From Octopus vulgaris (lineage: Eukaryota): 64,000 nucleotides of DNA. Below are positions 40,601 to 53,700 of this stretch, piece after piece. The number at the start of each line of letters is the position of its first letter. The first letter of the stretch is position 1. The translations under genes and the position numbers were made by a program. The notes under the pieces are model-generated. The model did no database searches. It was not told the DNA's origin and saw nothing but the letters and a program-made list of their open reading frames with translations. Where the stretch lies: positions 20,088,001 through 20,152,000 of the forward strand of contig OX597829.1 of the NCBI GenBank assembly GCA_951406725.2, in the 5' to 3' direction.

Positions 40601-43600
40601 TACACACCTATGTGTTTCAATGAAATTCTAAAATAATCGTGAATTTAGACTTGTTTCATAAAACAACTTGAATTTTTTTATTAATCAAGATATCAATATG
40701 ACTTTTCGACACAATTTAACTAAAGATTTTTAACAAAATCCATTTCATAATTTTTGTCTCAAAGTGGAACTAATTACAGGTAAATACAGGTAAATTCAAC
40801 AAAATATTAAATTATTTAAATTTTGTTTAAACATTAAGATGGAAAATGTTATTAGTTAATATTCAATGAGTATACAACAAAATTTTTAATATGGAAGAAT
40901 TGTGCAAATTACTGGATTATATATCAGTTGAACTTAATGCACATAAGACAAATGTAACATAAACTTCAAGCAGAAAGAAATACGTGTACCATGTAAAACA
41001 ATGAAATACTAGAATTTGTATTTGAAGAAAATTAGGAAATGAAATACATTTCATCAACTAAATGAAATAAACTCACATATGTAAATATACAGAAATACAT
41101 ATATTCACAATACAAAGTGATCAAAATTTGCCACACATCTTACAGATAAAAAATGAAAATAGGTAAGGGTGAAAAAAATATAAATCAGTTATACATATTT
41201 TAAAATTCTTTTGTGTACTGTTGTTGGAATTGTTCACTTTAGGAAATAGAAATATTCGATTCATAATCACACGCATAGTATACATAGTTTGTGTATACTC
41301 TGTATTAACTTAGATGTTTCTGTCTTTTAAAAATACTTGGAATTTAAACTCGCTGCTTGACAACATGAAACTAGTATCCAGTTTGAAAAAGAAATATCCA
41401 AAACTTTGCAGTGCTCAGATATCCTCTAAAATAATAAGTGCAACTCAATTGTTTATACAATAAAAATCACGTTTTCACAATTGTACTACTGAGATAAGCA
41501 CTGAAATTCTCATTTAAATATGACTAGGTTATTTTGGTTTGTTTTCAATTAAGTTGATTTTATTCATCAATAAAGTTCTCAGTTGGCTACGGCCACCTTG
41601 GTTTTAAAAGGGTTCAGGAAGATTTGGTTAAAAAAATTCAATCTTGTTTTGAACATGGTCTTTAACCAAGCAATTTTATAGAAATGAATTAAATTTCTTA
41701 AATTATATTCATTTGGAAAAATGCTCTTGAATTTTTATCATAGGGCTTGTTTGTATATACAGATTAAATTTCTGTGCAATCTCATTCAGTTGAAAATACT
41801 CTTGAATTTTTGTCATTAGGCATGTATATACAAATTATGAAAAATTTAATTTTTCTTTTATATCAAAATATATTTGTAAAACTCAATGATTTACTCAAAT
41901 TTTATGATGAATAATTTGTATAACACATTCCATTTCCTTTTCAAAAATTGCAGGCACTAAGACTTTTATTTAACAAGAAATTGAATTTTGTAACACAATA
42001 AGCTATGAATTCAAACACTATTTATTCATCAGGACAAATGTGTTTTAGGTTTTAATTTTCATTTGAAAGTGTTTATCTAGTTTTGAGTTTCCAGTAAAAA
42101 TATTTTACTTTCTTCTGGCCTAATGTTTGTTTCCTGTAAGAATGTTTGTTTTCAATGTACAAGACACAAAAAATTATACATAATACAAATAATGTTCAGT
42201 GAAAAATTAAGACAAACTTTTAATTCAGGCTCTTGGATATTCTACTTAATAATTAGATTTTATAAATATGTAACTTAAAAGCTGCACTCTATGTAGACTT
42301 TTAAGTTATCTCCTGCAGAGGGCTAATTGGGCTTGTGGACCAAAGCTAAAAACGGGCTAAATAGCGTAATTATAATGTATCTATAATGACTATATGCCCC
42401 AGTAGTATTTGGTCAGAGGTTAAGGGTGGATGAAAATTAATTCTTTAATCATTCTATTGCTCCAGTCCCAAATTGAATCCCAACTGTTGGCCAATTTGTT
42501 CCAAAGAATAAAATTAATGAAGCAATTGTCATTTATCTCCCCTTGATCTCTGTCATCTGATAAATGCCAACCAAGATGGCATGAATCAGCCAAGCTTTAC
42601 CTACTAGAAATAACAACTGAACTGCTTTTAAATCAGATCCAAATGCTGGGTGTCCAAGAACCAAATGAGGACAGATTATCAATCCCAAGATCATCCTGAT
42701 TTCAAAAAGGCATAATATGTAGAGAGATACAGGGATCCCAGATGGACAAAATTTCACTTTTATTAATTTAATACTTTAGGTTTTTATAATCAGTGACTTC
42801 AATTTGTGATACACACCTTAATTTGATGGATATAAATTTCTTCTCTTCCATCTTATCTGAATTAGTGTTATCTCTTGAGCATTGTAATATAGATTTTTGC
42901 TATAAAAAAAAAAAGATACATTTCATATTGCTGAGCAGAATTTTAAGAGTAAACAACTTATGTTGAACTTTTACAATTCATGTAATAAAATGTTTGGCAT
43001 TTGGGAAAATGTATTTTTAAGAATTGATATTTGTTTATAAGTAAATATAAATGGATTTAAGCTAGAGAATTACCTCAAGTTTGTGAGAATTAATGTTTTA
43101 TAATAAAGTGTCAGTTTAAAATATTTTCTCAAGATTTTAAAAACATAAATATTAAGTTTTCAATTTAAAGAAAACTATTAGTATATAACAGTTTGACTGA
43201 CTAGCGATAATTAAACATCAGTTATTTTACATATTTCTGAAGTTAACTTTTGAATGAAAAAAAAGTGCATCCTGATGCAGCAATTGTGTCATTTGTTAAT
43301 ACACTAAGAAAATATTTTTCTTTCCAGAAGTATCAGCTTTTTTTTTTTTTTTTTTTTATTAATTAACCATTGTTATTACAGTATCTGGTTATATTATACA
43401 TACACACAAAATCTTACATGTTATTTAAAACATCAAAAACATACTTACTGTGAATGTCACTGCCAACAATTACTTAGTTAAAAGAATAGATTTTGAGATC
43501 TGGTTAACTCATACTGGCTCAGTTTCAAATAGATTTTTCTTATTGTCTCTTTATAATATTTAACATTTACAATACTTAAAAGTAGATTTAACCTCACTCA

Positions 43601-46600
43601 TTAACAATTTCAGTTCCTCTCTCTCTCTCTGTCTTTCCTCTTGTAATTATTTGTTTTTTTTTCTCCTCACATGCACATCAAACATTACTAAACTTTTTTT
43701 TTAATATTTCATGATTATTTTTCAGCTGTAATTGAACTTATTTAATTCATGCAAAACTTCTTGAATAATTATGTTCAAGAAATATTAAATTGACATAAAT
43801 TCAGTTTTGGGAGATGAAAGTTACAGATTTAACACTGTTAAGCATGCTAAAGATGTTATTGTTTATTATTACCATGTGTGTTCATATATTTCCCCATGCA
43901 GGTTTGAAATTAATAATTCCCTTCAATTATCTTCTATTTCCAATAAGTTTTTCCATTTTACTTGCACCATTTTTTAAAATTAATTCCATCTTGATTATCA
44001 TGAAGTAAACCTCTAATCAAACCTAATGAACCAAATTTTTATTACTTTTTGTAGCTAACTTGCAAATGATTCTTTATTTGCATCCAGAGTTGTTAAATGC
44101 CTATTCTTGCATGTTTGTCATTCTGTAAGTTTTTTTTTTTTTAGAACAGACAGAAATAGAATCTTTATAACAATTTTGTGAATACAAATATTATTAATTT
44201 TGTAACTTGGGTTTTTCAAATGAAATTTACTTACAATTATGCAAGCTCTTTCATATGTAATGTGCATTGAAATTTGTAATTGGATGTTTTTGATGAACAT
44301 TGATTTGTTGTTAAACCTGTTTACTAGAAAATTAATGGAATGAGATCATTTGCCGTAGATGCTCTTCTTCATCATTTATAAATACTAGTTAGTGCAAGTG
44401 CCTTAATAGGTTTTCAGTGTTTTAAATGTAGCAGCTAAATTGTCTTGGTTGGTTTCTATTACATTCAATTTAGGGCCATATGAACCCTTTTGAAACAGCG
44501 TTTTGGTATGTGTAGCCAAAAAAGACTTTTTTTTTTTTGTTTTGCTGTTGAGATTGAAATTGATGGGTGCTTGCAGAAAACAAAGAATAAAGTGCCTAAT
44601 TTTAGTAAAACTATTTATACTACATAGTTCCATATTATATCGACTGACAGATAAGCTATTACACTTCAAAACGTTTATTTCATCAGGCCAATGGGTTGGC
44701 CTCAATCAAAGTCCTTTCAGCTTGTATCACTTGGGCCAATCAATCAGCAAGAGGGTTGAGTCTTACAATTCATATGGTCATAGGTTAGTCCATATTACTC
44801 CATAAGGAGAATGGGACTGCTTTCTCTGGTGTATATATTCCTCTATGGACAGGTTGCCAGTCTGTAACAGGATTACTCATTTTTACCAGCTGAATGGACT
44901 GGAGCAAAGTGAAATAAAGTGTCTTGCTCAAGAAACCACAATCTTATGATCATATGTTCAATACCCTAACTATTAAGCCTCCATAAGATCATAGTTTGAA
45001 CACTAATTACAATTGAAGCTGATGTACTTGAATATCTTACTTTCACTTATCTACAAGTTATTAGCAACTTGATTGACTACTGCTATGATGGATAGGGAAA
45101 AATAAAGCTTGTTTGCTTGTGCAGCAGGTAGCAAAGATATTTAACAATTTTGTTCTATTCATTGAAACTTTGTAATCAAAATAAAAATAACTGTTATCAT
45201 CACATTTAAATGGTTCAAAATTTTAAAGTTTGATATCCTGTAATATAAAAGTATTCTGTAATAATACATTGTAATATTAGCAAAATGTTACATTTTAGAA
45301 TAATATCAAACGTTTAAAATATGAGACCACTTTTGCATGTATTGATATTACTGTCTATGTTATTTCTGTTTGGTTTTGTAACTATTTTCAACTTGTCCTT
45401 AGATAAAATTGTAATTAAACTGGTCATTGATTGCAAAGCATTGTTCATCAATATATTTGAAGTATGTTGCAGGTAGCAGCAACCTAAAGCAATGTAATTG
45501 TTTGAGGTGGCTGATACTTATTTTGATTTTTATCTTTCTATTCTGGCAATAAAAAAAGCATACTTATTATTGAAGAAGAATTGACAAATGTTTCACCAAG
45601 AATGTGGCAATCTAATGCAACTTTTTTGTCTCCAGTAATGCAACAAGCAAACTTCTATTTGAAAAAAAAAAATTCTGTTTTTTCTTTCAAATTAAGAATT
45701 GAAATGTTTTTTCCACCTTTAGTATTCAGTTTATATAAAAGGGGGAAAATTTGATTCACATAAAATATTAAACTTGTAATTTTAAATTTTAATAAAGAGA
45801 CTTATTGTGCTTACTCATGTACAAATTTCTCTTCATACAGAATTGTTTGTATATACTTTGCTTTTTTTTCTTTAAAGGCTGCACAACAGTTAGCTGATAG
45901 TGTTGTGAATTTGGCAAGCAATGATGCTATTGTCATGGTTACAGTTGATCCTAGTGAAGAAGGTTCAGCAAATGGCAACAATGCACAAGAATCTACTCCT
46001 GTTGTTCGTTGGGAGCCATGTCCTTCAGATTATCTTGAAGGCGCTACAGGTGGTGGTGATAATGTAGTTGGGTTAGCAACATCTAAAGTTGAAAAACGTA
46101 GGGGTAAGCTGCTTTAATTTTCTGTTGCATTTTTCACTTTTATCTTCAACATTTTATGGATTTATACAAATCGGTGGAATTCTGATTCAAGTATGCCATG
46201 GAACACTTCATAATTAAAAAAAAAAAAAATCTGGGGAATTTTCAGAAAATTTTGGCAAATTTGTGTTTTAGATAAGAATTCATATGATTATGCAACCCCC
46301 ACCTTCCCCCAAAAGATTTTTGGTACCTGATTTAAGGACTATTTAGCTGTTATTTTTAGCACATCTCACGACCATCTGATACCCTTTTCATTTGTTTGTT
46401 GGTCTGCCACATTGATGTTTTTCAAACTTTCTCCCCATAAACACATTTAATGATCTATTGCTGGGATTTAACCCAAAGATTCAAACTGTCCATACTTTAA
46501 ACTGATGTAAAGCAAAAAAAAATTGAAAAATCAAAAAATTTTTATTTCAGTCATGTGAATTCCTGTGTAGAATACAAATTTACAAAAATTTTCTGAAAAT

Positions 46601-49600
46601 TCTAAAATATGTAAAAAAAAGTTATGAGGGGTTTTAATGGTGTACTTAAAGCAGAATTCCACCCACAAATCTATTACAGATTACATGAAGCAAAAATTAA
46701 ATGTTTAATTGATTTCTTGGGGGAAAATGTTTTTTTACAGTTTTATAGATTACATTAAACTATTCTCATTAAATATGACATATCATGACTTTTTTTCTTT
46801 TAAGCTTATGCACTTCTAAATTGAAAATGATTATCAGCTGTTGGTTGAATCTTGGATGCTTCATCAGTGATGTTTTTTTTTCTTTTTTTAAATTTGAAAT
46901 ATTTTATATAAGGTACAGAAGTTGGAATTGATGGAAGCCACAACATAGTTCCAATGAGAGAGCAAAAGCGACTCTTTCGAACTGAGGCAAGGAAGTTACA
47001 TGAAACACAAAATTCTCGTAGCTCGCCAACTAATCCTATGAGTGTAAGTGTTCCAAATCTTCCCACTTCTTTGGAACCTGGTGCTAACTCTATGGAATCT
47101 TTTGCTGTTGTTGTAAGAAGAAATCTTACAAATGAAACCAGTAACATGGCTAGTTCCACAGCCAACAATGGTGGTTTAGTCCGACTAGCTGCTTTTGCCA
47201 ACACACCTAGTAAGTACCCATTATTTGTATTTTTCAGTTTATTTAGGTTTCATAATTGTTGTAAAATGAAATTCATTTATCATTTATAAAAAGTTATATA
47301 TTAAAGCAAATGCTTTTGAATCTACAAGTGCAGATTGGCATAACTCAGAAAATATAAGGGTTATGTTGTTTCAAGAAAATGTTATCATTAGTAGATTTTA
47401 AAATATTTGAGCTTTATTTTTAAATAGGAATATGGATGTTTTTTTGTTTTTTTTTGTTACTGATTTGGCATTTATTACTGCTGTTTCTCGTGAGTTTTTA
47501 TATAAGTTTTTTTCAATCATTTGACCGATAACTGAAATCCCTGCTTGTAGTGGCTTACTCGTCAGATACTATTCAGATTTGTATACAATCAAGTGTAAGA
47601 TATTTAATATTCAATTCTCCTAATAGCAAGTGTTTTTAATGTGGTTCTAACATTTCATTTATACTGTTTATTCTTTTTTTTTTTTTTTGCTTTAGGTAAC
47701 CTACTAAGTGCTCAAAGCTTTCCTAACCTAACTAGTACGCCATCCACTACATCTAGCACTTTGACAACAGCTCAAACAATGACCAACATGACTTTAAGCC
47801 AGGCACTTACTCGCAGTTTACCGTCAACTTCAAGTGAAAGTGATAATGAATTTTTGGAAAGCTGCCAAGCAAATGCCTTGTTAGCAGATCTTGATGATGA
47901 ATTGATGCCTGATATAGAAAATGATGGTGATGAAAATGACGATGAAAATGAAGATGATGATTTTGATGATGTTGTGATGGTGAGCAGCTACTTTCATGCT
48001 TATTAGAGCCTGCATATTGAGTTCTTTTTAACTATCCACCGAGATCAATCACATTTTGTATGTGAGGTATATAGTTGAATAAATAAATGGTTTTTATTAA
48101 TAAGCTGCTTTTCAACTGAATGAAATAAAAGTTACTTGAAAATAGCCAGATTTTGACATGATACTGACAATTATTAGACAAGTGGCATAAAACACTTTAA
48201 TAATCATACGACATATTTTGTATAGGCATAGGAGTGGCTGTGTGGTAAGTAGCTTGCTTACAAACTACATGGTTCTGGGTTCAGTCCTACTGCGTGGCAC
48301 CTTGAGCAAGTGTCTTTTACTATAGCCTCGTGCTGGCCAAAGCCTTGCGAGTGGATTTGGTAGACGGAAACTGAAAGAAGCCCATCACATATGTGTATAT
48401 ATATATATATATATATATGTTTGTCTCCCCAACATCGCTTGACAACTGATGCTGGTGTGTTTACATCCCTGTAACATAGCGGTTCGGCAAAAGAGACTGA
48501 TAGAATAAGTACTAGGCTTTCAAAGAAGACCTGGGGTCGATTTGCTCGATCGACTAAAGGTGGTGCTCCAGCATGGCCACAGTCAAATGACTGAAACAAG
48601 TAAAAGAGTAAGCTTTCAGTTTCTCTTCAATTTACTAAATACAGTAATACCTCACTTTACAAGACCCCAGGTTTACGGGTTTTATTTTTCAAGCACAAGA
48701 TCCAAATTTTGAACGAAGTACAAAAGTTTCTACTACCATAACAAATGCTTCTGTGTATTCATGAAATTTATAGAAAGCCAAAAAAAGCTTCTTCTAAGCA
48801 AACAACTCTAGACTTGTTTTTTTAAAAAAGAAATCTACATGTCTGTCTATGAATGCTTGTGAATCTGCAATCATGTACAAGTAATGGTGTGCATGAGTCT
48901 AGTTTGAATGCAAGTGATTCAGAAAATGATTATAATAATAATAATTTTTATCATAAATGTTCTTTGACATTCTTTTTACTTTACATAAAATATTCTTTAC
49001 ATTCTACTGTTGCTTTATTCCCATATATTTACAAGTATTATAAATTTTATAGGGAAAATATTTTTCTGGGAATAAATTATGATTTATAACATTGTACTTT
49101 GGGAAATTATTGCTCTGCTTTACAAGTTTTTGCTTGACAAGTGGTCTCCAGGAACAAATTAACTTGTATATCAAAGCATTACTGTACTTAACAGATTTCT
49201 CATATAAGTCATCTCATACTTTATCCCTTTCTGAGCTAAATGTAATTTATGAAACAACTGAATGTATTTTGATTTTTACTGATTTAATTCTGTTTATTTT
49301 TACAGGAAGAAGATGATATTGAATGTAGAGGTGAAAAACGAAGAATGTGGGATGATGAATTTGTCTTGAAACGGCAATTTTCAGCTCTTATACCAGCCTT
49401 TGATCCACGTCCTGGTCGTACTAATGTAAATCAAACACAAGATTTTGAAATACCTGCACCTGGTATGTACTGTTAAATAAAATTGTTCTAATCACAAATT
49501 GTGAAAATAACTTTACAGGCAAATATTTTACAAGAACAAACTCTAAATATATCATCGATTTCTGATATATGTGTGTCTAGGTATGTGTATGTATGTGAAT

Positions 49601-50659
49601 CTTTTTACTTGTTTTAGTCATGCTGGAGCACCTTGAAGGGTTTTAGTTGACCAATACTTATTTTTTTATGCTAGGTATTTATTCTTTTGGTCTATTTTGC
49701 CAAGTAACTAAGCTATAGTCATCAAGCAATGGTAGGAAACCTACACTGGGCTTCTTTCAGTTTCTATTTACCAAATCCTCTCTTCAGGTTTTTGTTGGCC
49801 TAAAACTATAAAAGAAGACACATACATAAGGTTTAATGCCTATGTATAGGTGCAGGTGTGGTGTTTGGTTTAGTCTCACTGTGCAGTACCTTGGGTAAGT
49901 GTCTTATATAGCCTTTGTTCAACCAGATTGGATTTGATAGATGGAAGCAAAGTTCATTGTCTGTGTGTGTGTGTGTGGTGAACGTATGTATAAGCATGTT
50001 TGTGTGTGCCCATATCTTGACATCATGTGATGGTTGCTAATGAGCATCAAGTTCATACAAACAATGTGGTTCATTTCTAAGGGAAGCAGGTGAGGGAGTG
50101 AAGATAGGTAGGGCATCTAGCTGTAGAAATTGTCTCGTGTATGTGTGTTACACACACACTTTCAAACTTATATAAGTGTGGCTAAAGAGACTGATAAAAT
50201 AAATACCTAGCTTAAAAACTTTGTACTGGGGGGGGGTCGATTTGTTCAACAAGTATATGGTTATGTATATATATATATGTGTGTGTGTGTGTATGTTTGT
50301 AGGTAGGTGTATGTTGTATTATTTCTTATAATTTGCATTGTTTTAGCTTCATAATTATTAATAATTATAAAGCCATAGCTACATGTCAATACTTTGTACC
50401 TTTACTTTGTAATTCAGTTTTTCATGGTTAGGGGCCTTTCTTCAGGAAAGCTTCTCTGTTCTGTAATCTGTGTATTCACCCACTACAAAACAGAAGTGTC
50501 TGTTCAAAAAAAACATTTTCTCCAAAGAATTTCTGAAGACTGCAAAATATTGAAATACAAGATGAAGTACAAACTGACTTGTATTGCTTTGGTTCTGAAA
50601 AAAATAAGTTAAAACATTTACATAAAGCAGAATATCCTTCATACTCTAATATGTATGTT

Positions 50660-50713
<54 letters not shown>

Positions 50714-53700
50714 TAAATATCTAGCCAAATATTTTAATATGGAGGCCAACTTTGCCTTTCATCCTTTCAGGCTTGATAAAATAAATACTGTTGAGCACTT
50801 GAGTTAATGTAATCAACTTACTCCTCCCCCCAAAATGCTGACCTTCTGCCAAAACTTGAAATCAATATTTATGGAATTGTTTCATACAGTATTTTAAATT
50901 TTGGCTCAAGGCCAGCAATTTCGGTGGGAGTGGGTAAGTCAATTACATCAACCTTAGTGTTCAACTGGTGCTGACCCTGAAAGGATAAAAGGCAAGGTTG
51001 ACCGTGGCAGAATTTGGACAAAAACGGACAAAATGCAGTTTCGCATTTTGCCCAGCATGCTAATGAGTCTACCTGCTTGCCACCTTGTTTTGTGCAATAT
51101 ACTGAATTAAATATAACAATTAATTTACCCTTATTCTCTAACTATGAGGTGACTCATGATAGCAAAAAATTTATAACACCTTGATAACTAGAAACCTCTT
51201 GCCAGAATAAAAAGTGCTGACATGAGGTATCTTATGTTTGTACACTTCCTTACAAAATTATATTTTCTATTGATTTGTGATTGATATTCATTATTTTTAA
51301 TTAGGTTCTGAAGATAGCTCAATACTTGAATTAAGCAATCAAGTCCCTCAGCCACGTCTTGCTCTCTTTCTAAAAGCACCAGCCACTACAGGGGTATGCA
51401 ACTTTTCTTAATACATTTTTCATAATTCTTTTGACGTTTTTCTATCCTTATGAAAAATGCCTTCAAATGCATAATACTTAGAAAATGGTAATAATTCCAA
51501 TTGACGGTCAGTAAAATAGCTTACGCGTGAAAATAAATTTTAGCAGAAACTTCATTTCAAAAGTTTGTTTCAAACTTGGTCTAAATATTACTTTTTTGCT
51601 AAAAAAAATTTTTTTTTTTTAGATGGATGAGATAGAAATTTATATGGGTGAAGAAAATGCATGCATCTTTAAATATGTCCAGCAATTGCGAGTGCAAGGT
51701 GGAAGTAATGGACGAAGTGAAAGATTGAAAAGAATATGGGAACCAACTTACATGTATGATTACAGAATTTTATTTTATCAAGATTTTTTAAAAATTTTCT
51801 TTTCTTAATTTTTCACTTGTAAAAATATAACAAAATATTGATCAGTGTTGAAGTTTTCAGTCCTTAAAACTACAGTCCTTGTCTTTATTTTTTAATATCA
51901 AAGACATTGTAATATTTATTGGTAACTATTCATTTATTTTGGTATTAAAGACATCTTTGGACACTTGATATTTTAAAAATATATCTTGCTGCTAGAATAT
52001 TTGAAAATAATCAGTTCGTATAGATTACTTACTCAATTACTTAGATAGTCAAGATTATAGATGTTTATAGAAATGATAAATGCATTTGCTTTTTCCAGAA
52101 TAACATACAGAGAATTGAAAGAAGGTGAATCCAAATCAGATTTATCAACTGTAAGTTGCTTTTTTAACTTTTGCAATGCAAAATTTGGTTTGAATTTAAT
52201 ATTTTAAGCTACCATTGCTTTCATGGGCATTTTCTGAGTCTGCAAACTAATTTCATTTTCTTTATAAAAGCATCCCAAAACTTTTGACATATCTACCATA
52301 ATGCTCTCCACCACTAACTTGATGCAGACATCATCTTTCCAATATAGAATAGCCACAGTCAATTTTCTCATCATGTCTTTCTTGGAAGTTGACAATGTTC
52401 TTCCAACTTAATTTTAATGCCTCCATTAAACATTAATGTATTTTACTGTATCCAAAATGCTACGTTTTATGCATTTATTCCCTATCCTCCAAACTGTTTT
52501 GTGAACACTTGTGCCATCTCTTATAAATATATATATCAGCATCATTTAACATCCATCTTCTATACATGTATGTGTATATATGGCCGATGCCAGTGTCATG
52601 TAACTGGTACATATAAAGCACCCTTCAAATTTTGGGCCTCATGGAGGCAATAAGTGACTGAGACCTTTGGCAATATGCTGTGCTTGAGAAAGACCTGTCA
52701 AGCCAAGTGAAATCATAGTTATGGCCAATGGTGGTCCATGTAACTGGCACCCATACCAGTGGCATGTAAAAAGCACCCATTATACTCTTGGAATGGTTGG
52801 AGTTAGGGAGGGCATCCAGCCAGCATGGACGATGGATGCTAAATGATAGATATATATATATATTACTGTAAATAAATAAAACATTGGGTGTATTTTTAAT
52901 ATTTCTTTTTAGGATTGCCAATCCAGTATAACATCATTGAATGAAAATTTCCCAATGTCAACACGACTTCTCAGCGAATGGGAATCTCCGTCTAATAATG
53001 ATCCAACTGCATGTACTGTGGATCATGTTCTTAGGTTATTACAATTGTGCCATGCAATATTTATTGATGGGACATCAAATTGTAATATCACAGGTAATTT
53101 TATTTTCTTAAACTCCAATATAATTTTGAGAACTAATAATTATTTCAAGTTCATTTACAAAATAACAAAAAAAATTTTTAATCAAGCTTGATATCTGCAC
53201 TTGCTCGGGCTTAATAGTAAAAATTAGTTTATAATTATACCATATGTTACATGTATATTATATCATACCTTGATACTGTGTGAGCTAAGATCCTTGTTGA
53301 CAGGCCGCTGGTATTTATAGTGTTAAACACTTTCGGTATGCAAATACTCATACATAGAGTAACTGTTGCATTTGTTGAGTATATAAATTGTTTGGCTGCT
53401 TGTTTCTCTAGAGACTGTAAGAATGAGGTGGGCGCCTTTGACGAGAACCCAATAAGGTTTGAAAATCGATTAAGGTTGTTCGTCGTTTTTTCAGCCAGCA
53501 GAGAAATAGCTAAAACTTATCCTGTTTATAATTAATCATACCATATATTACATTAATAATACTTTGACTTGCTATTAGTCATTGCCATTATGGGACCTTA
53601 AACAATAAGATTGATTTGATATTATTGTTTTACCTCATTAACTTCTTGAAGAATACAATTATAACTGTAAGTTGAACTTAAAAAAAGAATGCTAATTATA

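Noticed and set aside
40568-41615. A-rich block resembling an antisense 3' UTR of a nested gene
   Set aside because: No linked minus-strand coding exons were found; the ends (TTAATCCTTTTG / AAAAGGGTTCA) look more like a decayed TTAA-type element, too degenerate to call.
42533-42757. 74-aa minus-strand ORF and a protein-like plus-strand frame in a GC-richer patch
   Set aside because: No recognisable homology and no suitable splice sites.
47530-47570. Minus-strand CTGACGA motif
   Set aside because: Not followed by a paired stem II and GAAA, so it is not a hammerhead.
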